63,625 nt of DNA, filler included, from Rhabdomonas costata (GCA_019059605.1; 35 parts of 35 records of this genome joined end to end with filler, not necessarily neighbours in it), one strand, 5' to 3'; counted from the whole stretch's first letter, positions 36,706-48,674 are shown. The notes: generated by a model not told the origin, from the letters alone. Made by a program: numbers and translations.

Positions 36706-37726
36706 CTGAGAGCGCCGCCCCCATTGCGGTCTCCAGCTGGTACACCGCCGGGTTGTTGGGGTCCCTGGGGTCTACGGTCTTCTCATTGCGCATCACAGGC
36801 AGCGGCAGGCACCCTCCACCCTTCACCAGGGCCTGTCGCAGCGTGTCCAGCCGGAACCACAGGTTGTTGGTGTTGAAGAACCGATGTCTGTTGGCGCGCA
36901 TAGGCCCAGTGCCCAGCAGAATCGATGAAATCGATGAAGAAGATTGAGGTGAGCGAGTGCACAGCGAGTTCTTGTGCGTATGAGCACGGGAAGCCAATGA
37001 CAACCGCAGGAGCTTTTGCATTCTCTTGGATGATGCGACCTTTCGGATTGCAGGGATCGGGATTTGCCAGGATATAGTGGAGTACGAAGGAACGCGGCTA
37101 TTTAGTGCAGAGCAGGCCAAATAAAACGAAGGAAAAGAGCCCCCCTTCGCTTACGTTAGTTCCTCAGGGTCACAGAACCATGAAAAGGGCTACTACAGCT
37201 CTTTTCACCCAACGAAACGTTGAGCCTTCACTACGCAGTTGTGACGAGCAAACGAGCAAAGTCATGGCACACGTTGTTCGGCCTAAATAGAGGAGTGGAC
37301 TGGGGGTTCATGCGGTTCTTGCTCAAGGCGCTGCAGGAAATCTTGCAACCAGCAGAATATACAATATAAGCCACGAGTTCGCTGGAGTGCACGAAAGAGC
37401 CGCCATAAGACTGGGGACACGTGAGGCAGCGGGGGTTGAAATAATGTCGAGGAATGCGTGTTACAATATCAATAGGGCAATCTGTTTTACCCAGAACCCG
37501 AAACCCCGCTGTGGATGTGGTTGCTTTGGCCTTTCTTTTTGCATGTGAAGGGAAAACCGAGGGATAGGTCAGAACCGCACAAATAAGAGGTGTGCCTGTG
37601 GATGTCTTGGAAGGCGGGAAGGTCGGTCGGGGGGCACTGGGCGAGCTCCCGGAGAAGCAGCTCGTGGGAGGCGGCGCGGCGGGCCAGGTGGCCCCCTTTG
37701 CGGTGAGTGGGGCCCCGGGGGCAGGC
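36706..37726 (-). CDS. UGP: UTP--glucose-1-phosphate uridylyltransferase (UGPase), two exons, partial
   Basis: Exons 37596-37726 and 36706-36887: RKGGHLAR..LLLRELAQCP..FQDIHR|HRFFNTNNLW..LPLPVMRNEKTVDP..VYQLETAMGAA. These are hallmark UGPase motifs in their trypanosomatid-like form. Confidence 0.96.
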
Positions 37727-38375
37727 CTGCAGAAGCATCGGCGCCCCGCTGCGGGCAAAGTACGTCAGAACCTTCAGCTCTAGAGTGGCCCCTGAGGAGA
37801 GAGTGAAGCTTGTATGCATTTTCGGGTGGCGCATACCAGGTAAATCACCCACACGGTTACCCACTAGCTGTCGCTCTTCTGCGTTAGGAGCACACACCCA
37901 CACGCACATTTGGCAAGGATGAATTTCTTCTGGGGAGAACTCGAGGTCCACTGCCCCCCTGGGCTCGCACCTTTCGATGGGACATGGGCCCATCGGGCCT
38001 CGCACCCTTTTTGGACCATGGTACCTTGTCCCGCTGTCTTGTCACGTAGGGTTGACTTACTCCATGTGATTCCCAATCCACATTAGTGTACGCGGGGCCT
38101 TGGGAACCCCGATTGGCGCGTTTAGAGATCTCTTGATGAGTACCCAACCACNNNNNNNNNNNNNNNNNNNNNNNNNNNNNNNNNNNNNNNNNNNNTTAAT
38201 TAATTAANNNNNNNNNNNNNNNNNNNNNNNNNNNNNNNNNNNNNNNNNNNNGCACTGATGCTGCGATTGAGGTGGATTAGAGGTGGAGAGAGAGAGAGAG
38301 AGAGAGGGAAAGAAAGTGGTGTGCGTCCGTTCCAAGTTTTTTCCTTCGATTGTAATGGTGGCTCTCTCCCCCCAG

Positions 38376-39315
38376 GCTTTGGCATGGCTGGGCCACCCAT
38401 GGGCATGGCTGGACCACCTATGCTTGGACAGGGGAGCTTTTCGGGGATGTCAACTGCTCCAGGCCAACCAGGTTTGTCTGCAGTTTTATCCCCTTCTGAA
38501 ACTTTCACTTCTCTTTGCATTGAGGTGTTAGAAGGCCACATGCGGAGACTTTGTCATTCCCGCCATTGTTGCGAGGTAAAGTGCCAATTGGTGGGGGCAG
38601 GCTTAGGTGTCGGAAGGGGCCCTGGATATGCGGGGATGGCATCGACCCACCACCGCGTCAATAGCGACTTCGCGGATTTCCAGGAGGCGCCCCGCCAGGG
38701 CCCACCCGCGGGCACCACAGGTTTGTCTTGTGTGCCACTGAATTTGTATACGTGAGAAACGAAGCGGAAATAAAAGCAAAGCTCAAAGGTCTCCGTTAGG
38801 CTCAGGTGTGAAATGGAATTCTATTTATCGGAAATTGAAAAGAATGACATTGGAGGCGTGGGGAACAACACAGGGAAGGAGCATAACATTTAGTTTCAGG
38901 TTCTTTATTTAGAATATGTGCAATCCTCATCTGTATTCTTCTGTAGTTTACTGCGTTTTATCTGAACTGAGATGAGATTTCGGGTGGTGTTGTCAGACTG
39001 GGTCGGACCGATGGAAATCTTTGATTGGGCATCCTTCAAACTTTGGCATCGGTTTTGTCACTTTGGATAGAGAATGTGGGTTTGGTAACTTGTGATCAAC
39101 GAGAAACTCCCAACGATTTGGCGCGCTGACTCAAAGAAGCACAAAAGCGCACTCGCACGCCATCAGGTGCCACGACGGCTTCCGGGCACACCCGAGGGAA
39201 CAGCGATTTCTCAGACTTTCTCGAGGCTCCGGCACCTGCCCCTCCGCCCTCGACGACGAGGGCGCCCCCCACAACAACAAAGTCGGACCCCCTGGCTGAC
39301 TTGTTCGGCTTGTAG
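38376..39315 (+). CDS. C-terminal disordered region of a clathrin/AP-1 accessory protein (epsinR/ArfGAP/synergin-like)
   Basis: Exons 38376-38471, 38601-38720 and 39167-39315 are in phase: GMAGPPMGMAGPPM..HHRVNSDFADFQEAP..HTRGNSDFSDFLEAP..KSDPLADLFGL*. Confidence 0.7.
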
Positions 39316-40407
39316 CCCTCCACTTGCCTTTTGTCGTTGGGGTGTGACTCAGTCTCACGGTCCTTCGTTTGGACTGGACTGTAGAAAGTTCATGGCCTCA
39401 CGAGCTTTAAGCGAGCCGGGGGCTTGCTTTCTCCTGCACTACTCCGGACAACCTATTACGCTGCTTTCCTGAGAGTCAGCAATATGATCGGTCGGCTGGA
39501 ATTCGAAGGCCTGGAGAGAGATTTTGTGTCGTTTGTACGGTCGCTCGTACTCGACATTCGGGGAAAAGTACACAAATGTCTCTTTGCAGGTACCTGGGCG
39601 CTTTCTTCGGATTTCTTGCGCTTTGTTCTTGTGCTTTGAATCCGAACCTGAAGAGTTCCCTTGAGCTTGGAAAGGTGTTCTGTGAGAGTAACACTTCGGT
39701 CATTAATGGAGGGCACTGGCATGGCCCTAACCGCCGGAAACGGGAGTGGTGGGACCTCCCCTGGAGCTGCTCAAGCTCTGGCCCGGCCTGCGTTCTCGCA
39801 GACCCTGCTTAAGTACAGTCATCCGATTCCCTTGGCTGACTGCCCACCCCACTTGGTAAGTGTGTATCGCGAAAGGAAATTTGTAATGCTGAGCATAAAA
39901 ATAAAAAATGAAAATACGCAGGGTTGGCCACTTTTTTTTACCTTTGTAGAAAAAACGTATAAAAAACACAACNNNNNNNNNNNNNNNNNNNNNNNNNNNN
40001 NNNNNNNNNNNNNNNNTTAATTAATTAANNNNNNNNNNNNNNNNNNNNNNNNNNNNNNNNNNNNNNNNNNNNGGGTTTTGGTGTACGAGGGATGGAGGTC
40101 ATTCAGCCTGGACCATTACAGGGTTTCTCGTGGGTCTCCGAAAGTGAGTCACCAAATTATGCGCTGCCTGGTTGGCCTTATGTTCTGGCTCGGGAGTCTG
40201 ACCAGGATCCCCCTATGCGTAGCACCACTGTCAGTTCCCATTTCTTCTCTGATGCCGATTGCTCACCCTCAGCTGTTGGAAATCTCTATGGCTTTATCTT
40301 CCTCCTTTGCGAACACGATCGCTCTCTTATACCCGTTGGGTTTTCAATATCCTGTGCCTTTGCCCATGTCCACTCTTTCCTCTGTTCCCTTTCCCAACAT
40401 CCTTTGA

Positions 40408-41789
40408 ATGAAGCCCGTGGCACTTGCTGGGGTGCTGGTGGTGTGGGCGCTATCGTGTACCCCCTTCCCCGCGCGGGCGCTGCCCTCGGCCCTGCGCGCT
40501 GGGTTCGTGTATGACGCTGCGACCAACGACATGGCGTGGACCTGGTACTGCCCTGCCAGTCGTCCCCCGTTTCTCGCGCAGTCCAACCAAGCTCCTCCAA
40601 GAGTCACCCCATCCTAAGTCTTTCTTTTTCGTTTTTTTAGAGTGACTCCCGCTCGCGAGGTCCAAATGCAATCTGCGTGGGTGATCTTTGCGATGTGCTG
40701 GAACACGAAAGTTGCACGTATGCAGCTTTGAATGCTCCAAGTGTATGTAATCAACGCTGTGAGTTTGGCCATGCCAACGCTTTCTAACATACCAATGGCA
40801 TTTGATGCGAGTTCCCAACAACTCGTTTTTGCCCATGCTGAGTGACTTTTTCACACACGTAAACACGTGTTCTCCATTCGGCTTGTCACTCAGGCGTCTC
40901 TCTTTGCTCTCACATGAACATTTCTGGAAAGGAAGAAGAGGTGGAGAGGTGGGCACTGTGCGCTGTAAACACACAGCTGCTTGCTTTTTTTCTCGCCTGC
41001 GGTCCTCCAGCAAGGTCACTCGATGCTGGTATTCTAGGCTTTCCATTCATTCCCCCTCAGATTCATCTGAAGCGCGGCATCTCATGCGTCGATTTCCTTC
41101 ACCACCTCCATCAGTCTCACCTCCGTTTCCCTGATTGGTCTTTTTGGAAACAGGAAGCACAACCAGGGCGTGGTGCAGATGCACACTGACCTGCAAGCAA
41201 TGTTCCCTGCCCTGCAGATCGCGACGGCGTACAAGGAGAATGTCCCGGACCCAGGGCCCTGCGACCCCATCTTCGCCACGTGGGCTTCCCAGGTCTGCCC
41301 TTGCATTCACAAGGCTTTCCAAACCAACCGTTCAAGAAGCTCAGCATCGCCAGCCCTTGTTTATAAATTCTTAGCGATGGAAGTCTACCAAACTTGCAGC
41401 CAGGTCTCCAAGTCTTTTCAGGAACTCTCCATCGTCGAAGCCAGAACGTAAACGCTGAAAGCCTGTTTACAAGCAGGAGATGAAGAGTTGGACAACCGGC
41501 AATGCTTCCTTTGGGTGCACCCGGTGCCCCCGCCATTCTTCAGGGCTATGACCTGGTCGTGGGCTGCAGCTTTGGCTACCAGGACTGCATGATCAGCGTG
41601 GCTGCGCAGTATCCTAACACGATGTTTCTGCACATCTCGGGGTGGAAAACCCCCACCCCAAACTTCGGAGTTGGCTACGCCCGGCTGTATCAGCCAATGT
41701 ACTTGGCTGGCTACACGGCGGCCCTGGTCTCGCAGACGGGGGTGCTCGGGGTGCTGGGTCCTGTGCCCGTCCCCGAGACGTACCGCCAG
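40408..41789 (+). CDS. Signal-peptide protein with a BMP/PnrA-family solute-binding domain (three exons, 3' truncated)
   Basis: Exons 40408-40544, 41154-41292 and 41544-41789 are in phase: MKPVALAGVLVVWALSCTPFPARA-LPSALRAGFVYDAATNDMAWTWKHNQG..YKENVP..WASQGYDLVVGCSFGYQD..VAAQYPNTMFLHISG..NFGVGYARLYQPMYLAGYTAALVSQTGVLGVLGPVPVPE. Confidence 0.88.
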
Positions 41790-41981
41790 GTGCNNNNNNN
41801 NNNNNNNNNNNNNNNNNNNNNNNNNNNNNNNNNNNNNTTAATTAATTAANNNNNNNNNNNNNNNNNNNNNNNNNNNNNNNNNNNNNNNNNNNNTTTTTTT
41901 TGTCTGCTGTTGCTTCGATGCTGCACTTGGGACTCCGCTTTTGTTGGAGCATACGGATGGGTCGTTTCCAAGCACGCTCAG

Positions 41982-42829
41982 CGTCTTGGAGCGTTTGGAG
42001 ACATCGCTGCGACTGGATGTGTTAACTGGTGGTAAGATGGCTTGAAACGTGTGGGAGTCACTAACCTCCCTCCTACCCCCTTGCTATGCGCTGCATTTGA
42101 ATCCACCTGACATTTCTGTCGCTCACGCCTTTGGGAAGGATGCCGCTCCCCCGAGGAGATTGCCGCAGCTCTGGAGCAGCAGGTGGAGCCGCTGCTTCGC
42201 GAGGACCCTGCCGCGGTGGCTTTGCGTTCTGCTCTGCGGAGCTCTGTGAAAGTGGAGAGCAGTGCAGGCGCCGGCGAGGATGCCGCGGCGGACTTGCTTC
42301 TGGAACTGTTCGGGCTGCAGGGTGGGCAAGAAGAGCTAATTGCGGCACAGATCATGCAGCACTGCTTTTTTGCGGAGGTGTTCCGCCCCGAGCACCTGGA
42401 GGTGTGTGTGGTGTGTGTCAGTTATTCCGAATTCGCTCTGCCTTACTATGGGGTGACACCCTCCCAACAAAGGTTGCGCTGGGGGGGGGGCATTGTTGCA
42501 CGTGGTTGCAAGACGTTGCCTGTGCTGAACTGGCTTTACTTGTGTGACAGATTTTGCCAGAACGATCTCGGCCTTACGGTGTTGTTGTCTCTGTCCCATC
42601 TTTGTTGTGATACACTGTGCAGCACTCAGTTACATGCTGTTCTCGAGGGAATGGTTGATGAGCTGTGATGTGATGGTTGTGCGCCTGGAAAATAATGCCC
42701 CCATCCTTCTCTCGACAGGTTGTGATCAATCCCTTCAATGGGGTGACAATCCTGGAGGGCGACCCCGCTGGGATTTCCGAGAACAACAGCGAGGCCATCG
42801 CGGCTTTCGTGAGCCGAGCCGTTGCCAAG
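41982..42829 (+). CDS. Unknown protein (three exons, partial)
   Basis: Exons 41982-42028, 42169-42401 and 42719-42829 are in phase with GT-AG boundaries: VLERLETSLRLDVLTALEQQVEPLLRED..FAEVFRPEHLE|VVINPFNGVTILEGDP. Confidence 0.65.
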
Positions 42830-44293
42830 GTTTCGGTTCGCAGTAAGTCGACTTTGCCTTTTTGTGTTGGGAGGTGGATAGATGTGTACATTTTTCATCG
42901 CTAGTAGGACAGACTTGGGCGATGCCAGCGCCGTGGCATGCTCCAGGAAAGTTGCGGTGGTCCGGAAAATTTACACATGTGAACGTGACCAACGCAAAAA
43001 AAAACGGTATAGAAGTAGAGACTTGCGTGATTTGGCGGAATTCAAGATTTGCGCCTTCTGCATTGGGGGGTGGCGTTAAACGCCCTAATTCAATTATGTC
43101 CAGGGGACAGAAAAACAGTTTACCTAACCCTCGTAAAAGAATAACATCCCAAATGTGTCTGATTCAGACGTTTAGCCGCGCTAACGGGAGCTTCGCCCAT
43201 TCCATGGAAGGTCCCAACCCATTCGCCCGCTCCTGCGGCACCGTGGACTGGCCTCCGCGGCCCGCCGCGGCACTGGCCTTCGCACCTAAAATAATCGTGT
43301 CCCTTTTGCGTTTCAAAGTCCCAGCAACGACGCTGTGTGGAAAATATGTAAAGCAGGTTACACCGTAAGTGAGATTTTGCGGTCTGAAGGTAAAAACAGA
43401 ATATCCAACGCCGAAAAAGGCCACCGTTTGAATGTCACCGAGAAAAAATTCATATCGGAGTTGCGCACTACTCTGTTACTTTTGGGATGTTACTTGCTTT
43501 ATAAAAAACGGTGAAAAATGTGGAAAGAACGGATAAAACCTTGCTTTGGTTTGCTTCACATCTCGCCTTGGGTTTTCTCAGCCCTAGCCCCTTGATACCC
43601 TAAGAGCTTAATACNNNNNNNNNNNNNNNNNNNNNNNNNNNNNNNNNNNNNNNNNNNNTTAATTAATTAANNNNNNNNNNNNNNNNNNNNNNNNNNNNNN
43701 NNNNNNNNNNNNNNACGGGATGCATTTGATGCGTAAGAGATGTTGTTTTTCCTCCTCATGCGGTGATTCCTGTTGTTTTTGCTTTTGGGGGGAGGGGGGC
43801 AGACAGAACTGTGGTCCCCTGGGGTGGCATTTGACACGTATTGAGATGCAGTGGATTTGGAGAAGGGGGAGGGGAATAATCATTTGTCATTGGAGCTGTT
43901 TCAAACATCCCTTTCCTTTTCCTGTGCACACCACACCCTACCCCGCACTGCCCCATGATTGATGTAGACACCCTCTCCCCATCTACACACATAATTCAGT
44001 TTTTCCTCTTGCGCGCACTCTCCTCGTACAGGAAACGCTCCCCTCCTGTTGTTCTGCCCTTTCTTCCTCTGCTCTTCGATCCCTTCGTTCTTCCGATCAT
44101 CCCCTCTCCATCTCCACTCTCCACTCTTCTCCACTTGAGTGGCGGACAGCACATTGATTCATGTTGGCCAGGTAGAGCTCCTCACTGAAATAATGACTAT
44201 CGCGATTGTTTTTTGTAATTATGTTTCTTGCGGTATCATGACATTTGCAGCTGCAGTAGCCCAGCGTCCGATTGTACACCATTTTTCCCACAG

Positions 44294-45340
44294 GAGACGG
44301 CACGTGAGCACGAGCGCTGGGTGGCCCGGTACATGGCCACGCTGCAGCCGCACATCATCGGGCGATGTGGGCGGCACGTCATGGGCCGCACCGCTGCGGG
44401 CACGGACATCCCGCTCTCCCTCGCCGTCAGCGAGAGTCTCCGCCCTGACGGCACCAGGCAAACGCTGCACACTGAACATAGATGCACACGCAACGACACG
44501 TGAGCTCGCATACCTCGCCTCGAGTTGTTGATATTGCGTGCTTCATTTCAAAATGGCGAGGCGGTGGAAACGTTTCTGAAAGCACCATTCGGACTTCCAA
44601 AGGTTTGGAGGGGGGGAATCGCATTTTTATCTGCACTGTCTAAATTTGCCTCACATGTGACTGTTGTCTTTTGTGGATTTGCACACGTAGACTGATTGCT
44701 GTTTTCTGAGAAGAACGCGCGCTGCTTAGGAGGATTTCCGAGATTTTGCCACAAATTAAGGACTGCTGTTGTTTGTGTGATGATCACTGAAACACCATGC
44801 ACACACACTGCGAGTATTTTTCTTCGTAGTTTTGATCTCTTGCTGTTTTGCATCCCAATATCTCACTTATGAGTTGAAACCCGCCATATCCCAGTGGTAT
44901 GGACGAAAGTTAGTGGGGATTGGTCCCGGGCTCCTTTCTCGCTCGCTTCCTCGCCTCTTCTGGGACCTCGTGTTCCCAGGATTGCAGACACCAAATCGGT
45001 TACTAATGCGTTTGCCCGCGTCAAGTTTCGCTGAGGCGAATTTTTTATGCCCCTCTTGCCAGAGTTGCAACCCGTGCTCAGAACCTAACAGATGTTCAGC
45101 GCAATCACGGCGCGGCGTGTGTCAGCGTTCTTCCCGGCTTGAAAGAAGAAGTTCCTGCCTTGATGATTTGACTGGTCGGGGAAGCGATGGAGAAAGAGGT
45201 ACGGGCTCGCCACCGTGTGCGTGAAACTAAAGAAGGGTAAGGGGGCGGTGGTCGAGCGCAAGTCTTCCTGCTCTTGCAGGCTGTTCGCCGCGATTTTCCA
45301 CGACCAGCGGCCGGATGCAGCAAATTCGATTAACCGCGCA
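44294..45340 (+). CDS. FixL-like PAS domain protein (two exons, partial)
   Basis: Exon 44294-44457 ETAREHERWVARYMATLQPHIIGRCGRHVMGRTAAGTDIPLSLAVSESLRPDGT joins an exon from 45280, RLFAAIFHDQR (final PAS beta-strand). The intron is GC-AG. The 3' end of exon 2 is uncertain. Confidence 0.85.
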
Positions 45341-48300
45341 AGGCAGAACAAAAGAAGGCAACGATGCGGTAACTACCAATGACATGGTAAGTACCAATAC
45401 CAGGAGCTTCTCCTCAGCCAAAACAAGTAAAACANNNNNNNNNNNNNNNNNNNNNNNNNNNNNNNNNNNNNNNNNNNNTTAATTAATTAANNNNNNNNNN
45501 NNNNNNNNNNNNNNNNNNNNNNNNNNNNNNNNNNGAGTGCTGAATAGCGTTGAACGCATCTACCAGTCAAGGGTATAACGATGGGTAATGTCAGCGCATA
45601 CCATCGGGTGGTAGAGTAGCAACGGTTGTACGGAGCTGCTCTGTGTCACTTGCCCTGTAAGCACTGCCGATGCACAGTAGGAAGGGTGAGACCGATACCT
45701 TAGGCCGATACCCCAGCGTACACCTTACCCTGGTATTCCTCTGTGGCTACGCCCGGACGACGGAACGAAGGCACCTTAGGGTGGTGGAGTGACGGAGTGA
45801 GGGTAGAGGGGTGGGACGCGAAGCGGACCGACGGGAAGGATATAATCCTACTCCACATGCACGGTACCTCGCATGCTACGTTGATGCATGCTCGGAATGC
45901 CATCTCGTACCTCGATGCCATCCCTCCACCTCTAATGCTGATATCCTGATGCTCCCCACATTCCCTCCGGTCGCCCTTCTTTAACGCTTTGTCGCTCCGC
46001 TCCGCGCTAAGGATGCCATCCCGATGCTATCCTTCCATCAGGGCGACGCCCGGACGGAGCATGCACGTAAGCGCCTTATGGGGCTGGAGGGCATGCTTAG
46101 TGACAGGTATAGAAGAGATAGAAGAGTAAGAAGAGGGCCTCCGGCCCCGCTTGCGCTACGCTCGTCACTCCTACGTCGTTCTTCGCTAAACGGAAAGGGT
46201 CTTTTCGGACGTCGCTACGTTCCTCCCTCCTGTTGGGTATTCGTTCCTATTCCTATCCCCACTCACTGCGTTCTGGGGCCCCTACCTCATGGATGGAAGA
46301 CCCCATCCCTTACTCGATGCCTGGACGAACCCTCGGACCGTTAACTGCGACAAAGGCCTTGTTAAGCAGAGTCCTTCGGAAAACGCTCTCCTTGTTTTTG
46401 TCGGAGCCTTCCGGGAACACCCGGCGTTGGAAAATTTTTTTGTGTTTGTGAAAAAATGACTCCTATATTTCTTTTGGTAGAGGCCATTGGTTTTTTGGTA
46501 AAGGTCCTGGCTTTCAAGGCGCCAGAGGTTTTAGGCAAAAGACCGGTCCGTTTGAAGATAAAAAACGATAAAAACGCCGAATCGTCGGCTGGCCAATACT
46601 TTGGCTGGAATCTCGTTTCGATTCAAAGATACCGCCATGGGCCATCAGGAGGGTAATGGGACGACGTAAAACGTAGGTTTTATGGACTGGTTTTACACGG
46701 CGTTCTACACCGCGTCGCGGCAGCGTAGGCGTTGTGACCAACGGCCTGCAATGGACAGGAACGACTGTTGCAAGGACAAACAGCAAGACGCACTTTCCAC
46801 TAAACCGATGAAAAATGGCAATTTTCGAAGAAGCAGCATGGCATGCGCGGCCACATTAAAGAAAAGCAGTCATGGGCATACCGCGGCCATGAAAGCACCA
46901 TCTGCCGTGGGGCACCATCTGCCGTGTTTTCATGGCGATAGCTACCTTAAGATTCCTCAGCTGCAAATTTTCCAATTTCCCGGTTCATGACACTTTCCGA
47001 TTCATCATCAAATGTGATATGCCATCTCACCGTCCCGTGCTGCGGAACCAACAGCCAATTTAAAACTTCCCCCTTCACCCCTTCGGACCGACATTCCGTC
47101 AAAAAGTGTCCACCACAGTTCAGGTACGCAAGAACTTCAGACAACCACTAACCATTGCACCATATGGTGCACTGAAGTACCACAGTGCAGAACGATTTCC
47201 ATGCAAACACACACCTACACACAATAAGCAGATTTGCTGTGCATCACAAACACCNNNNNNNNNNNNNNNNNNNNNNNNNNNNNNNNNNNNNNNNNNNNTT
47301 AATTAATTAANNNNNNNNNNNNNNNNNNNNNNNNNNNNNNNNNNNNNNNNNNNNGGGGGTTTTGGGCAATTGTGCGAGTTCACGCCTGCTCTGCGTTGCC
47401 AATGCTGTTTCTCGTGCGATGAAACCTGCGATGGTACGCTTTTGTAGGACCATCCCTTTCCCAAGAAAGCGATAAAAAAGTTCTGATGAATTATTGGGAT
47501 ATGGTGCAAGCCTTGCTTCGTCAGTCCAAAACCACACAAAAAGTCATCAATAGGCGACACGATGCCTGCAAGCTTTTTCTTGACAGGAAAGGTTGAGGGG
47601 AAGGAGGAAACCATGCAACGTTTAACAGAAACCACTGGAAACCAGCAGGTTTTCACAAGGAATAGCATTCTGCATCGACCTGCAACCCTGCACCGTGGGG
47701 GGATCGTCGCTTCCGTTTGCTCCGCTCGCTCAGTGTTTCTGCTCGATCCCCAATCTATTGCCCTTGTTACCTGCTCCATCGCGGCTTCTTTGCGATGTGA
47801 CAGGGTGCCCAATTATTCTTGCTTCCCTTACCCCTCCCCCTCCCTCCTCTTCTGTGCTTTTCTGTGTTTCTGTGCACACCATAATCTTTCCCCTCAATTT
47901 TCATGACGAAGACCTAGTTTTCCCCCCTGCAACTTTTCGAGCGTGTGCATCCTCGTTTTTCGTGCTTCTCGTGACATGGACAGTGAATCCTCCGGCCCTC
48001 TGTCGGGGGACAAGCAGTCAGACATTGACCGCCCTCCCAATGGTTGCCGCGCCGCTGCGCACTCCCACCAGCCTGTCGCACTTCATCGGACACATTCGTG
48101 CTACACTGTTGCCTCCGCTATGAATCGATAAATTGTCCGCGTCATCCCAAAAAGTCGCAACCAAAATAAATGCACTCTATTTCAGGCATTTTCGGACTTA
48201 GATGCCTAAACGGGGTGGTGAAAAAACTGGTTTTGACCTGGAGGTGGTTTTGCCTCTTTTCGGCGTGTTCTTTGTGTGTCTACACCTACCTCGAACTTTT

Positions 48301-48674
48301 GAGATGACGCGGGCCAAGGTAACTTGGTCCAGGTAACAAGGTAGCCTGATCCAGGGGCTTTAAAATGCTCTTGGACAAAAAAATGTGGCTTGCTGAAGCA
48401 TGCACCCAATTTTTTTACCACCTAGCTTCTTAGTCCGAAAACGCCTGATTTAGAGTGCACTTTTGTAAATTGTGACTTTTTGAGGTGACGTGGACAAACA
48501 AATGCACAACACAAAAATCGGTCTTGACGCACAGTGGTGCACGGTTTGCCGGCGGTCGCGCTTGTTTTTCCGAGGTGATTTTCAACCGCCTACTATCACC
48601 TCTTTCTTTTTGAGGTGACGCGGGCCATATTATTGAGGAAAAGTAGAAAATCGCGGAGCTTACGGTTCGGGCCT

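Noticed and set aside
40073-45434. BMP gene, unknown gene and PAS gene as a linked signalling cluster
   Set aside because: They lie on three different contigs joined artificially, so their proximity carries no information.
47355-47600. IDDFLCG...FLGKGW on the minus strand as a retroelement RT (YxDD) remnant
   Set aside because: Only two short words with compressed spacing; cannot be supported by eye.
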